64,000 bases of DNA from the IMG/VR virus record IMGVR_UViG_3300037067_016734; one strand, given 5' to 3'. This DNA is from an uncultured virus (IMG/VR IMGVR_UViG_3300037067_016734). Its lineage: Duplodnaviria > Heunggongvirae > Uroviricota > Caudoviricetes. The translations under genes and the position numbers were made by a program. Below are positions 21,643-31,796 of this stretch, in pieces. The notes beneath the pieces were generated by a model. That model had not been told where the DNA came from. It worked only from the letters and a program-made list of their open reading frames with translations, and did not search any database. Numbering within the stretch: the first letter of the stretch is position 1; each line of letters begins with the position of its first letter.

Positions 21643-21954
21643 CTAAAGTTCAATCCTATCAATTAAACGAAGAATTTTTTCATCAAATTCTCTCAGAATT
21701 TCAGTGAGACATTCAATTTTATAACGAATAGGACTAGAAAAGGTTGGAGGATCTTCAGCTTTTTTACAACATGGTTCATCTACACCATCACGCTTAACAG
21801 GAGTTAATTGTTGTTCTAGTGTATTAAAATCGGCCAAAACTCCATTAATCACATTCTCTAATCCCTCAATTTGAGAGACAATTGTTTGTTCTGGTGTTGC
21901 TCTTATTTTTGGTACAGCTTTTACCATTTCGCTCATAGAATCTTTAGATTTCAT
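21643..21954 (-). CDS. Hypothetical protein
   Basis: AGGAG RBS; ends RIEL. Confidence 0.6.
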   Translation of the reverse strand: MKSKDSMSEMVKAVPKIRATPEQTIVSQIEGLENVINGVLADFNTLEQQLTPVKRDGVDEPCCKKAEDPPTFSSPIRYKIECLTEILREFDEKILRLIDRIEL

Positions 21955-22635
21955 TAATTTCTCCTCTACTTAGTGAACTTCTTTAGTATATTGTTGAAGA
22001 ATTCACCGAAATCACTATCGTCAAATGCCTTATGCATCTTAGAAAACCATGCTGTTAGCTTTGCAGCCTTCTTTTTACCAAAGGTATAGATTTTAATTAA
22101 ACCCATCTCTTTAGCAAACTCCAAGAGATTCTCATCTATATTGGTAACATCAATAACGCCCTGTAGTTGGTTAAACTTCTTCTCTAGAAGAGTCTTATAC
22201 TTCTCAATCTCTTCTTTTGTCCATGCAACTGTAATATCTAACGTTTTATCAAAGAATTTGTTGATAAACGCGATTAAAACCTTTTTAGAAATCATATAAA
22301 ATCCTCACATTTGAAATTATTTACTTCTATTGCTTTACTTTTGAAAGCATCTCTTTTAATGATGTAAAAGTCATCATTTTCCTTATCGGTATCTATTATT
22401 ATATCCTTTAAATCGGTTACTCTAATAAGTAAAGGACATATACCGACTGTAACACACCAAACGTCTGCATTTGTTGATTCAATCAAATTCTTAGAAAGAT
22501 AGAGTTCCTCCTTGTTGTATATATCAGCGTCAAAGATCACTTCGAATCCAACTTGCTCTATTTTATAACACCTGTCGTCAATTTTGTCAAGGGGTTTCCC
22601 AAAAAAAAGGCACTTAAGATAGAGTTCGGGTGAAA

Positions 22636-22824
22636 TCATATTTTAACAAAACTATAAATTGTAGTTAGTGTTCTAGAATGAGCTTCAATATTATCATTAT
22701 TATAAAACTTAATAATATTTCCACCTTGATCTATAAAGACAACAATAGAACTATCCAGCCTCAATGGTTTTATATTTTCTAATCCATATGCCCCGAAGAA
22801 GTTATTCCAATTCAAAGGTGTCAC
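22636..22824 (-). CDS. MTxLNxxNL-family small protein (variant, GTG start)
   Basis: (M)TPLNWNNFF; GTGA overlap with the upstream stop. Confidence 0.6.
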   Translation of the reverse strand: MTPLNWNNFFGAYGLENIKPLRLDSSIVVFIDQGGNIIKFYNNDNIEAHSRTLTTIYSFVKI

Positions 22825-23168
22825 TGCTTGGCACCGCATTTAGAGCATTGAAGATAGAGTTCTTTGTTTTTAAGAAGGGAAATGGTGACGGTGTTGGCAT
22901 CGTACCTTCCACAAACTTTACATTTAAAAAATTTATGAAAAGATATCATAGAGAAGAGCGGTATTATCCACGCGAATTTGATAAGTATAAATAAGCAGAT
23001 CACACCCAATATAAACCAATATAAACCCCAAAAACCATTATTCTGTATAACATAATATCCGCCGTATATTATAACAGATAATAGTATGGATACCGAAAAA
23101 ACCGCTAATATAAACAATATTGCAATAAAAATATAATATATAATAGCATTTTTAAAGTTTGTAGTCAT
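22821..23168 (-). CDS. Membrane protein with C-terminal Zn ribbon
   Basis: Two hydrophobic helices; CKVC..CSKC. Confidence 0.55.
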   Translation of the reverse strand: MTTNFKNAIIYYIFIAILFILAVFSVSILLSVIIYGGYYVIQNNGFWGLYWFILGVICLFILIKFAWIIPLFSMISFHKFFKCKVCGRYDANTVTISLLKNKELYLQCSKCGAKQ

Positions 23169-23380
23169 TTATTTCTAACCTCATCGTTCAACCATTTGGA
23201 TACGCTACTTATTTCGGTCACTACTTGATTAAATTCTATAGAGAATAAAATCCAAACTTCATGATGTTGATTCACTTTATCTATAGTATACTCTACTTTG
23301 TTGTCTATAAATTTATGAATAATCATTAAATCATCTACTTTAAAGAATTGCAGTAGATTTGTAAAATTTAATCTTGTCAT
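23165..23380 (-). CDS. MTxLNxxNL-family small protein
   Basis: MTRLNFTNLLQFF. Confidence 0.7.
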   Translation of the reverse strand: MTRLNFTNLLQFFKVDDLMIIHKFIDNKVEYTIDKVNQHHEVWILFSIEFNQVVTEISSVSKWLNDEVRNK

Positions 23381-23405
23381 ATTATTTTCCCGTTGGATAA
23401 TAGTA

Positions 23406-26400
23406 TTAGTTATATTTGATCTTTGCGTCGTATACCTTCCGTAACCATTCTGCCGTTTCGGAATCTAAAGATATATTTACCTTAAATTCTCTGCGTTGTT
23501 TCCCTCGTAAAGAATAAAAAACAACCATTTGGTTACCAAAAGGAGTTTCATTTATAACTTCTTCAAGAACATCATCTGATACTTTAATCTGAATTGCATC
23601 TTCGTTGTCACTCCACGGCGTTAAACTACTATCTTTCCCAACTATTTTGATTTTACAATCTTCAAGGGTAGTAGCTTCAGCATCCTCGGAAAGATCAAAC
23701 TCTAAGATACCAGCGATAGTAAGGGGAATTTTGCTGTTGGCGCAATTCTCAAGAGTCAAAAAATCGTTGAAAGCTATGCACTTAACGGTGTTAATACCAT
23801 CGGATAGGACGAAATTAACGTATTTCGTTTTCGTTTTTTTTGCCGTTTCGTAAACTAAGTCTTCTACAAACCCAGAAATTTTAACATTGAACAAATCTAG
23901 ATTGTCTAGTAGATTACTAGGAGTAAGATGATCATATCTAGTAAAGATTGGATGAATTATATAAGGATTAGAGGTAAAGAAAGATCCAAGAACTTCTTTT
24001 TCAAAAAAGGCTATTTCTTCGTCATCATAAGAAACCGGTTCTGCCAGGACAAAACTTAGAGATCTATTTCTATCCTTTTCTATTGAAAGAAAGGCACCAG
24101 AATGAGATAGAGCTTGGTTTACCCTCTTGTTACACGTTCTTTTTGGAATTTTCGAGAGATAGTCTTCAATACTTCTAAAAGGTCTTTGTGATAAAATTTG
24201 CTCTGTAGCCTTAACTCCCACCCCCTTAATTCCCCCTAATCCAATCAGAATCTTTGGGGTGCTATCGTCATAATTAACAGTATATTCGGCTTCAGACTTA
24301 TTAATATCTGGTGGAACAATATTTATTTTATTTCTTTTTATATTAGCAATTGTTTCTTTGATTTTTTTAGCACTACCTATATACGAGTTTAAAACAGCGC
24401 AATAGAACTCGGTTGGGAAATAATGTTTAATCCAAAGCGTCTTATAAGCTAACGTAGCATAAGACATAGAGTGTCCTTTATTAAAGGAATAAAGGGCGGC
24501 ATCAAGAATTTGCTTGGCGATGTACTTAATTTCTGCTTCGGAATGTCCTTTATTTTTAGCTCCCTTCATAAAGTCTTTAAGAAGAACCTGCATTTCTTCT
24601 TTAATCTTCTTTCCACAGGCTCGTCTAAGGTCATCTGCCTGAGAACTTGTAAAACCCGCAATATGTTTAGCTACCTCCATCAGTTGTTCCTGATAGATCA
24701 TGATTCCGCGAGTTTCTGTTAACAGATCATTCATCACTTGAATTTCGTGGGTATATCCCCCCTGAACATACTTATCGGCCCAACCTGAAGTAAGCGTACC
24801 GGGTCTAATGAGAGCAATAACGTCACTGAGTTGTTCTATGTTTTTGGGTTGAATGGCCTTATAGTACTTTTGTCCAAGAGAAGAGCCTAACTGAAAAATA
24901 TTATCTAGACCATACTTAATACTATAAACATCAGTATCTGTAAAGTCTCCATGCTTAGGAGTTTCTATGTTATAATTCTTTTTAATTAATTTTTCAGCTT
25001 CATGAACAATAGAAACAGTCCTTAATCCTAAAAAGTCGAATTTTAATTGTTTGCAGAACTTTTCTACAGCCGACATATCGAAATCAATAATAGGGAAAGG
25101 ATGTTCTTTGGTTAATCTAATCGGACAAAGGTGATCAATGGGGTTCCTAGATATTACAATACCACTAGGATGAACACCTTCGGATGTTAATCCTCCCTCT
25201 AGTTTTTTAGCCTGATTAATTACATTATCTAATTTAAACTTAGTAACGTATTTTTTTACATCTTCTTGTTGTAGGTTCCAGTCAATTGAAACTAATTTAT
25301 TTGTCCCCGGTTCGGCCTCTAATAGTAACTTACTGAAGTTGTTCATCACAGAGAAATCGAACCCAAGTACAGATCCAACCGCCTTTATAGCCGTCTTTGC
25401 GGTATATCGAGTATTGGTTCCTAAATAATAAATGTTACCGTATGTTTCAGACAAATAAGTTAAGAATTTCCCTCTATCTTTTTGAGAGATATCAGCATCA
25501 ATATCAATCATAGAGGAAAATATCGTTTTCCCATCTTTAACTCTAACTCTACCTGCATTTAGAAAACGAGAAAAGTCTAGATTATATTTAACGGGATCAA
25601 ACATAGTAATCCCGCAAAGGTAATTCACTAGGGAGTTAGCGGCACTCCCACGGCCCGGTCCTAGCGCAACATCATTATCTCTACACCATTGAAGAGCATC
25701 GGCAACGATTAAAAAGTAGCTACAAAATCGGAAATTTTTGATCGTGTCTAATTCTTCTTTGAGTCGCTGATGATAAGGTAGTTTTTTCTTCTTTAATTCT
25801 GTATAACATTTGTTACTTAGAATAATAGCCGCATCTTCCTCAGAGATGGGTTGATTGTTAACTAAGGCGTTAGGAAAGTTGTAGTCTTCTTGTTCTGGAT
25901 TATATTCTTCGATAAGAGATCCAATTCTGTCTGTTTCATGGACCACTTCAGGAATGTCCTTGAAAAGATCAAGCATCTCATTTTCAGTTTTGAAATGAAA
26001 TGAGTTATCATAAAAGTATTCGAATTTACCGTCATCTAATTTGGCTTCGTGCCCTTTGGCTGTAATGATTTGATGGGCGTCATTATCTTCTTTGTTTAAA
26101 TAATGGACATCATTAGTGGCAACTAAAGGAATGTCGTACTTTTTAGAAAATTCTATTAATTTGGGGTTTAGGAGGTCATCTAATACGGTGAACCTTGGGT
26201 GTCTCTGTAACTCAAGCCATAATCTACCTTGAAAGATAGAGTTGAGCCAAAGAAGTCTCTCTTCTGCCACTTCCGGATGTTCTTCTAAGATAGGTTTATT
26301 AATAATGCCCCCTATACAGGCTGATAAGACAAAGAGACCTTCTTGATACTCTTCTATCTCTTTTCTTCCGATACGAGGACGATAATACATCCCTTCGGTT

Positions 26401-26711
26401 CTTGCAATAGAGCTTAATTTTATTAAGTTATGATAACCTTTGAGATTCTGAGCTAAAAGAACGATATGAGCATAGGCTCTATCTTTTTCTTTTATTTCAA
26501 TATCATCTACAAAATAAGCTTCCACTCCATATATAGGTTTGATCTTATATTTCTTCGAAGCTAAAAAAAGATCATAGAAACCCTTACATGAACCATGATT
26601 AGTAATAGCTATCGCTGACATTCCATATTTTACGGCCAAAGAACAATACGCTTCGGTATTACCAAGCGCATCGTTCAAACTAAATGTATCGTGAGTGTGT
26701 AAATGAATCAT
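23406..26711 (-). CDS. dnaE: DNA polymerase III alpha subunit (family C)
   Basis: PHP HLHTH, GPGRGSAA, DIDAD, KFDFLGL, YSFNKGH. Confidence 0.96.
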   Translation of the reverse strand: MIHLHTHDTFSLNDALGNTEAYCSLAVKYGMSAIAITNHGSCKGFYDLFLASKKYKIKPIYGVEAYFVDDIEIKEKDRAYAHIVLLAQNLKGYHNLIKLSSIARTEGMYYRPRIGRKEIEEYQEGLFVLSACIGGIINKPILEEHPEVAEERLLWLNSIFQGRLWLELQRHPRFTVLDDLLNPKLIEFSKKYDIPLVATNDVHYLNKEDNDAHQIITAKGHEAKLDDGKFEYFYDNSFHFKTENEMLDLFKDIPEVVHETDRIGSLIEEYNPEQEDYNFPNALVNNQPISEEDAAIILSNKCYTELKKKKLPYHQRLKEELDTIKNFRFCSYFLIVADALQWCRDNDVALGPGRGSAANSLVNYLCGITMFDPVKYNLDFSRFLNAGRVRVKDGKTIFSSMIDIDADISQKDRGKFLTYLSETYGNIYYLGTNTRYTAKTAIKAVGSVLGFDFSVMNNFSKLLLEAEPGTNKLVSIDWNLQQEDVKKYVTKFKLDNVINQAKKLEGGLTSEGVHPSGIVISRNPIDHLCPIRLTKEHPFPIIDFDMSAVEKFCKQLKFDFLGLRTVSIVHEAEKLIKKNYNIETPKHGDFTDTDVYSIKYGLDNIFQLGSSLGQKYYKAIQPKNIEQLSDVIALIRPGTLTSGWADKYVQGGYTHEIQVMNDLLTETRGIMIYQEQLMEVAKHIAGFTSSQADDLRRACGKKIKEEMQVLLKDFMKGAKNKGHSEAEIKYIAKQILDAALYSFNKGHSMSYATLAYKTLWIKHYFPTEFYCAVLNSYIGSAKKIKETIANIKRNKINIVPPDINKSEAEYTVNYDDSTPKILIGLGGIKGVGVKATEQILSQRPFRSIEDYLSKIPKRTCNKRVNQALSHSGAFLSIEKDRNRSLSFVLAEPVSYDDEEIAFFEKEVLGSFFTSNPYIIHPIFTRYDHLTPSNLLDNLDLFNVKISGFVEDLVYETAKKTKTKYVNFVLSDGINTVKCIAFNDFLTLENCANSKIPLTIAGILEFDLSEDAEATTLEDCKIKIVGKDSSLTPWSDNEDAIQIKVSDDVLEEVINETPFGNQMVVFYSLRGKQRREFKVNISLDSETAEWLRKVYDAKIKYN

Positions 26712-26714
26712 GCT

Positions 26715-28277
26715 CTATCTTGAAGGTAACTTATCAAGCTTCCTAAATACCCCTTCAGGACTGATAGTATAGATCTCTTCAATGCATTGTTCTACCGGCT
26801 TAAACCATTCGCCAGAACTTTCTCCTCTATCTGCATCCATAAATACGATAACAAACTTCGTATTCTCTACATTTAATTCCTTCAGGTGATCTCCTCCAAT
26901 ATACCCATCAGTAAAGATCATTGCATTATCAATTTTATTTTCTATCATATGTTCAATGAAACAGTCGCTTGTTCCGTAGCTTGTTTTAAAGCGACGTTTC
27001 TCTACATCTTCTTCACTACAAGGATGAACGAAGGTTGAAAAGGCATAAATGGCGTCGAAGTGAGCCAAATTATAATAAATTGTAGAGAAGAATATGTGAT
27101 GATAAGCGTCAGTAGAACCAGAAACATCTATATAAGCTACCGCATGAACAGCTTCGTCCTTCTTGGGAACACGATAGAAGACTTGATGAATACCCATAGC
27201 CTTATATGCGATCATGCGTCTATCCCGCATATGAGGAAAAACTTTGCGTCGTTTCTGGTTGTGTTGGATCTTCATAAATGCATGATCTATGAAGTGCTTA
27301 AATTCCGCTGGTGTAGGAATCAAGAGTACATCTTCTTCAAGATCATGCTGCTTAGAGGTCAGATAGTCCTGCATTACCTTTTCGAATTGCTGACGGGCAT
27401 TAGGATTGGCTTCATGTCCTCCGGGATTGGACTTATCAGACATATCCTTAATAATCCCTTCCGCAGCTTCCTCGAAGGCTTCATTTAAGTCTTCTGGATT
27501 GCCATCAAATTCAGGTAAGTCTTCTGGATTGCCATCAAATTCAGCCTCTAATTCACCACCATTAGAAGGTCCACTAGCTCCATGTCCGCCTATAAGGATA
27601 GTTGTTTGTCCGCTTTCTCCTCCGTCTTCATCAAATAGAGATTTTAAATCATAAAATGTTGCACTCTCTTTACTGTAAAGATTGTCATAAACCTCTTGAT
27701 CAAACGGATCTTCGAAAGAACTACCCGGTCTAAGTAAATTATCAGGTTTCTTTGTGGCATCGTACAATTTTTCAAAGAAAGATGTTATTCTTTGATCGAA
27801 ATTAAACTTACGAGTAATTGTACTGTTAATAAGGGCATCGAAGATTATGTTTTTTACTAATTGATTTGTTTCACGTGGGTTGTGGTTCTTATCTAATGCA
27901 TCCTTCTTAAGTTCTTCCATGTGACCTAAAGCATGATGCATGATTTCGTGCATCATTATTACGGCAAGCTCATAGCAGTTAATTTGTTTTTCAAGAAGGA
28001 ATCTCTCAAAAATATAAATATCCTTCTTTAGATCGATAAACGCTGTACCGCCTAATTCATTACCTTTCTCATCTTTGTGTCCATAAGGTAGTTGTACCTG
28101 CTTTTCGAGATCGGAATCTTCTTCGATAAGAATAGTTTTTGCTGTATTAATAAAGTTATAAAATGCAAACTTATACTTTCTCAATACATCAAGAAAATAT
28201 TCGTAAAACTGATCCCAATTTCCTCTCTCATAAGGAAGAGCGGGATTAAATTTTCCTTTGTATTCAAACAGGCTCAT
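26715..28277 (-). CDS. HExxH metallopeptidase-like domain plus vWA domain protein
   Basis: HEIMHH; MIDAS DVSGS; FTDG. Confidence 0.85.
   Translation of the reverse strand: MSLFEYKGKFNPALPYERGNWDQFYEYFLDVLRKYKFAFYNFINTAKTILIEEDSDLEKQVQLPYGHKDEKGNELGGTAFIDLKKDIYIFERFLLEKQINCYELAVIMMHEIMHHALGHMEELKKDALDKNHNPRETNQLVKNIIFDALINSTITRKFNFDQRITSFFEKLYDATKKPDNLLRPGSSFEDPFDQEVYDNLYSKESATFYDLKSLFDEDGGESGQTTILIGGHGASGPSNGGELEAEFDGNPEDLPEFDGNPEDLNEAFEEAAEGIIKDMSDKSNPGGHEANPNARQQFEKVMQDYLTSKQHDLEEDVLLIPTPAEFKHFIDHAFMKIQHNQKRRKVFPHMRDRRMIAYKAMGIHQVFYRVPKKDEAVHAVAYIDVSGSTDAYHHIFFSTIYYNLAHFDAIYAFSTFVHPCSEEDVEKRRFKTSYGTSDCFIEHMIENKIDNAMIFTDGYIGGDHLKELNVENTKFVIVFMDADRGESSGEWFKPVEQCIEEIYTISPEGVFRKLDKLPSR
27486..27544. 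repeat. 30-bp tandem duplication encoding EFDGNPEDL twice
   Basis: taagtcttctggattgccatcaaattcag present twice with period 30. Confidence 0.9.
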
Positions 28278-28949
28278 TTATACTCCAAAAATAGAGCTAA
28301 CGCAAGGATAAATAAAGACACCTAACGCTTCAGACGAAATTGACTTAACTAATGCTTTCTTGGAATAAGTAAATAGACCACATTCTCCTGTTTTGTTGAA
28401 AAGAATGTTTGCAAGAAAGTTATTAGTCTCTTCTGCACTAAAAATGTTAGGTAACAGTCCGGAAGCAGCATAACGCTCCTTACTATAACTAGCAATTAAT
28501 ACAGTAGATCCATTAAAGTAATCACTAAGCGAGATGCTGTCAGAAACCTTATAATTTTGCGTTCCTTCGATCTGAATAGAGAAAGAAGGAACCATACTTC
28601 CCATATAGAGTTGATTTCCTACTCCGCCCATCTCTCCATCGATAATTTCAAGACTTCCTCTTTTGATAGCGAAATCTATAGAGAGTACCTTCTTTATATT
28701 TTCCGTAGTGGTATCAGCGGGACCAGAAAAAACTTTCCAGTTGTTAAACTTTTTATCGCAGGTTGATGCACACACAAACGGTTTAGTCTTACTATTGACG
28801 GCACCTAGAAAATAACCCAAAAAGATTCTTGTGTTATGATCCTTGGTTTCAATGTAAAACGAACCCATTGCTCCAATTGGCTTATCTACAGGTCCAGATA
28901 ACATCGAGACCTTTTTAATACTCTTAATCATTTCTAAAAAGTTACTCAT
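28278..28949 (-). CDS. Hypothetical protein between the MoxR and vWA genes
   Basis: Likely start MSNFLEM at 28949, overlapping the ATPase stop. Confidence 0.6.
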   Translation of the reverse strand: MSNFLEMIKSIKKVSMLSGPVDKPIGAMGSFYIETKDHNTRIFLGYFLGAVNSKTKPFVCASTCDKKFNNWKVFSGPADTTTENIKKVLSIDFAIKRGSLEIIDGEMGGVGNQLYMGSMVPSFSIQIEGTQNYKVSDSISLSDYFNGSTVLIASYSKERYAASGLLPNIFSAEETNNFLANILFNKTGECGLFTYSKKALVKSISSEALGVFIYPCVSSIFGV

Positions 28950-30423
28950 CTTCTTCTCCAACTCCATTAATAATATAATTCTTAAGTTTGTGAATCGTTC
29001 TAATACACTCATCGACATTGGTATCAGAAGCTGCTGCAATAATTGAGGCGTTTGCAAACATCGCCTTCCAGTAACGATCCATTTCTTTTGAGTCGGTTGC
29101 TTCAAAAGTCTTATGAGTGGGGAACCTATTACCGACAGCAAATTGATCTACTGTATTGCTTTCGAGCCAATTCGCTGAGTTCATTAGATATTCTCCACTC
29201 CTCGGTCCTACGGCATTCATCGCTCTATCTAAAGTCTTTCTTTCAAGTTTAGATCTAAGTTTAGAATCAACCATAATTAGAGACGAAATAGCCATCTCTC
29301 TAGGTCCAACTGACATATCATCAGTCCGAAGATCAATATCCTCTTGTCTTGCCATATTTAAGGCGTGTTCAATAACCTCACTTAATACTGAAGAGTCGGC
29401 ATTAACGTTATAGTCACTGATTGCCTTGGCAGTAATCTTAAGAGCGTCCCGTAGAGTAAAGTAGCTTGCCACAGGGCTTGTAGAATCGATTAATGAAGTC
29501 AATGCTCCCATAACTGCCTTTCTAATCAGTTGTTGATCGATTGGGTTGAGATCAGTAACTCTCTTCGGGATAGAATAATAGATGATTTCTGTTAAAGCCT
29601 TCTCATCCTTTAAATTAAAGGACGACTCCATCTTGAGCTTTCTGATAAGCAGAAGAGTTTTAACATTAGTTGCAATCTTATGTGCCCGACGACCAGACAG
29701 TTTAAAGCCATTGTTGTTTAGAAAATCAACCACAGAAAGTGTAAACTCTTCAGTTCCAAGGGCACTTTTATCGTAACTATCACGTACAGTATCTAGGAAC
29801 TTAATAAGTGTATCATCTTGATGAATGATTTCGTTTCTATTAAGAAGAGGAGAGTCCTGGAATCCCCTCATTGTTAAAACGTTACGTTTTTCTTCGTTCT
29901 TTAAGTTCTCATACTTAGGGAACGGAATAAACAGTGAGAATCTATCCGCAATAGCATTACTAAGAGGTTTGGTTCCTCTCTCCGTTAATTCGTTTTGAGC
30001 GGCAAAAACATAATGGAGATTCAGTTCTTTACCGAGACATTTTCTATCTTGAATTAATTGAAGCATGAGGTTCTGAGTGTCTACTTCACATCTATTTACT
30101 TCATCGATAAATAGAACCTTCTTTCCCCACACAGAAGCTTCAGTCTTAGCAAAATCCAATTCCCACTCACCCTCTGAACCTTGCTTAGGAACAGGCATCC
30201 CTACAACGTCCTCATAGACCATCATTGGGGCAGACATAATACATACTTCCCTCTTATTATACCCTAAGAGAGAAGATAGGTTGGTGACGAAGAGAGTCTT
30301 GGCTGATCCAGGGTCTGAGATAAATATAACCGGATCTCCTGTAACTAGGGCGACTAAAATAAAGTCTTCGATAGGTCCAAGCCCTTGAATTTTTGTCTTC
30401 TTTAAAAGATTATAAGTTGGCAC
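28942..30423 (-). CDS. MoxR/RavA-like AAA+ ATPase
   Basis: SDPGSAKT Walker A, LFIDEVNR, AAQN, ADRF, SGRR. Confidence 0.88.
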   Translation of the reverse strand: MPTYNLLKKTKIQGLGPIEDFILVALVTGDPVIFISDPGSAKTLFVTNLSSLLGYNKREVCIMSAPMMVYEDVVGMPVPKQGSEGEWELDFAKTEASVWGKKVLFIDEVNRCEVDTQNLMLQLIQDRKCLGKELNLHYVFAAQNELTERGTKPLSNAIADRFSLFIPFPKYENLKNEEKRNVLTMRGFQDSPLLNRNEIIHQDDTLIKFLDTVRDSYDKSALGTEEFTLSVVDFLNNNGFKLSGRRAHKIATNVKTLLLIRKLKMESSFNLKDEKALTEIIYYSIPKRVTDLNPIDQQLIRKAVMGALTSLIDSTSPVASYFTLRDALKITAKAISDYNVNADSSVLSEVIEHALNMARQEDIDLRTDDMSVGPREMAISSLIMVDSKLRSKLERKTLDRAMNAVGPRSGEYLMNSANWLESNTVDQFAVGNRFPTHKTFEATDSKEMDRYWKAMFANASIIAAASDTNVDECIRTIHKLKNYIINGVGEEDE

Positions 30424-30481
30424 GTTTGAATACTCCTATTAATTTATGTCGATTTTGCAAGTCGATTGGCTCGACTATCTA

Positions 30482-30718
30482 ATAATAGCACACGTTAATG
30501 AAAAAATCAACCCTCTTGACAAATTTTGCTTGTTGTGTTATAATTACTCCATGTCGTTTATTTTTCAAAGTTACTTTCAACTTATTCTTATAGTTTTTGT
30601 GATTTACGGTCTCACGCTCTTTGGATTATATCACCCTCTATCTGAATTTGTCAAGGGGTTAATTTTAAATTTCTGTAAAATTCGTCAGGTGGACATTTTC
30701 TATAGTACATGGTATAAT
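30482..30718. promoter_or_regulatory. Cluster of four divergent sigma70-type promoters
   Basis: (-) TTGATT-17-TATTAT 30482-30510; (+) TTGACA-17-TATAAT 30516-30544; (-) TTGACA-18-TATAAT 30625-30654; (+) TGGACA-17-TATAAT 30690-30718. Confidence 0.75.
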
Positions 30719-30874
30719 CTACTTGAACGTGGGTTCTCATGCTTCTACTGTCAGTCCTTTTGGATAAGTATTATTATATGTATCATTTTCCAAACAGGTT
30801 TTTGGGAATGGTTGGGAATATGGGGATGTACTTCATTTCTTTATGGATTTAAAAACTCAGGAAATGATTTGTAA
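30551..30874 (+). CDS. DUF1360-like membrane protein
   Basis: Hydrophobic helices with CFYCQSFW; ATG 7 nt after TATAAT. Confidence 0.55.
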   Translation: MSFIFQSYFQLILIVFVIYGLTLFGLYHPLSEFVKGLILNFCKIRQVDIFYSTWYNLLERGFSCFYCQSFWISIIICIIFQTGFWEWLGIWGCTSFLYGFKNSGNDL

Positions 30875-31796
30875 TATGAATATCAATAAAAAGATATTAG
30901 ATTTATTTTTTATTACACCATACTATGCAGAACAACATAAAGACGGTCAATTCTTTGTGGCTCGATCTTCCAACTCTATCTCATCTGATAACCCCAAGGG
31001 TGACGAAACTATAACAAGACAAAAGATAGAGCTTGGATTAAAAGGAGAGATGGTAATAGGCGTATATAGTACGTCAAGAAATAACGAATGCAAATGGCTT
31101 GTCTTGGATTTCGATGCATCTTCTGATCCTGGGGATATTAAACTTCTTTCCGCTAAAGTAATAGAATATTACCGAAGAGCAATTAATTATCATTTAAAAC
31201 CTTATATAGAATTTTCAGGAATGAAAGGTTATCATCTGTGGGTGTTTTTTAATCCTATGTCTTCTGAGACCGTATATAAAGCAGTAAGTATGTTAGGGAA
31301 GGATATCGAGGGAGAAATTTTTCCGCGTCAAAGTCACTTGACAAACGGTGCATCTTATGGTAACCTTATTCGTATGCCGGGTTGTATAAATCGAAAATCA
31401 GGTAAACCTTCGGTTTGGTTGAATTCAAATATGCAACCAGCGGCAAATCAAGAAGATTTTTTTATGTCTTTAGAAAAAACGTCTCAGGCATACATATATG
31501 ATTTAGCTAGTTTGCATCCCGAAATTCCGGTAGCAAAAAAGGTATTACAGTCCGTTAGATATAATATTGACATTAGCCATTCATTATATGAGATAACAAA
31601 AGATAAAACTAGACATTTTGCTCAGTTCTCTTTGATTATGAAAGGCTTAGAAGCGGGTCTTAATGATGATGCTATTATAGAATTAGGTAAAAGGTGGCTT
31701 GAATTCTATAAAGGTCACTATAAGAGTGATTTTGATTATGCCTTAGAAGACTTTAAAAAGGGATTAAGTTACTGTAGAGAAACATATGGCAAATAA
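30843..31796 (+). CDS. Archaeo-eukaryotic primase (AEP) superfamily protein
   Basis: LDFD, EFSGMKGYHLW, EIFP, GNLIRMPG. Confidence 0.85.
   Translation: MDLKTQEMICNMNINKKILDLFFITPYYAEQHKDGQFFVARSSNSISSDNPKGDETITRQKIELGLKGEMVIGVYSTSRNNECKWLVLDFDASSDPGDIKLLSAKVIEYYRRAINYHLKPYIEFSGMKGYHLWVFFNPMSSETVYKAVSMLGKDIEGEIFPRQSHLTNGASYGNLIRMPGCINRKSGKPSVWLNSNMQPAANQEDFFMSLEKTSQAYIYDLASLHPEIPVAKKVLQSVRYNIDISHSLYEITKDKTRHFAQFSLIMKGLEAGLNDDAIIELGKRWLEFYKGHYKSDFDYALEDFKKGLSYCRETYGK

Noticed and set aside
27486..27544. 30-bp tandem repeat as a regulatory or array element
   Set aside because: Only two in-frame copies in an acidic linker; an ordinary slippage duplication.
31338..31366. TTGACA-N17-TAACCT inside the primase gene
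   Set aside because: Weak -10 within conserved coding sequence; probably chance.
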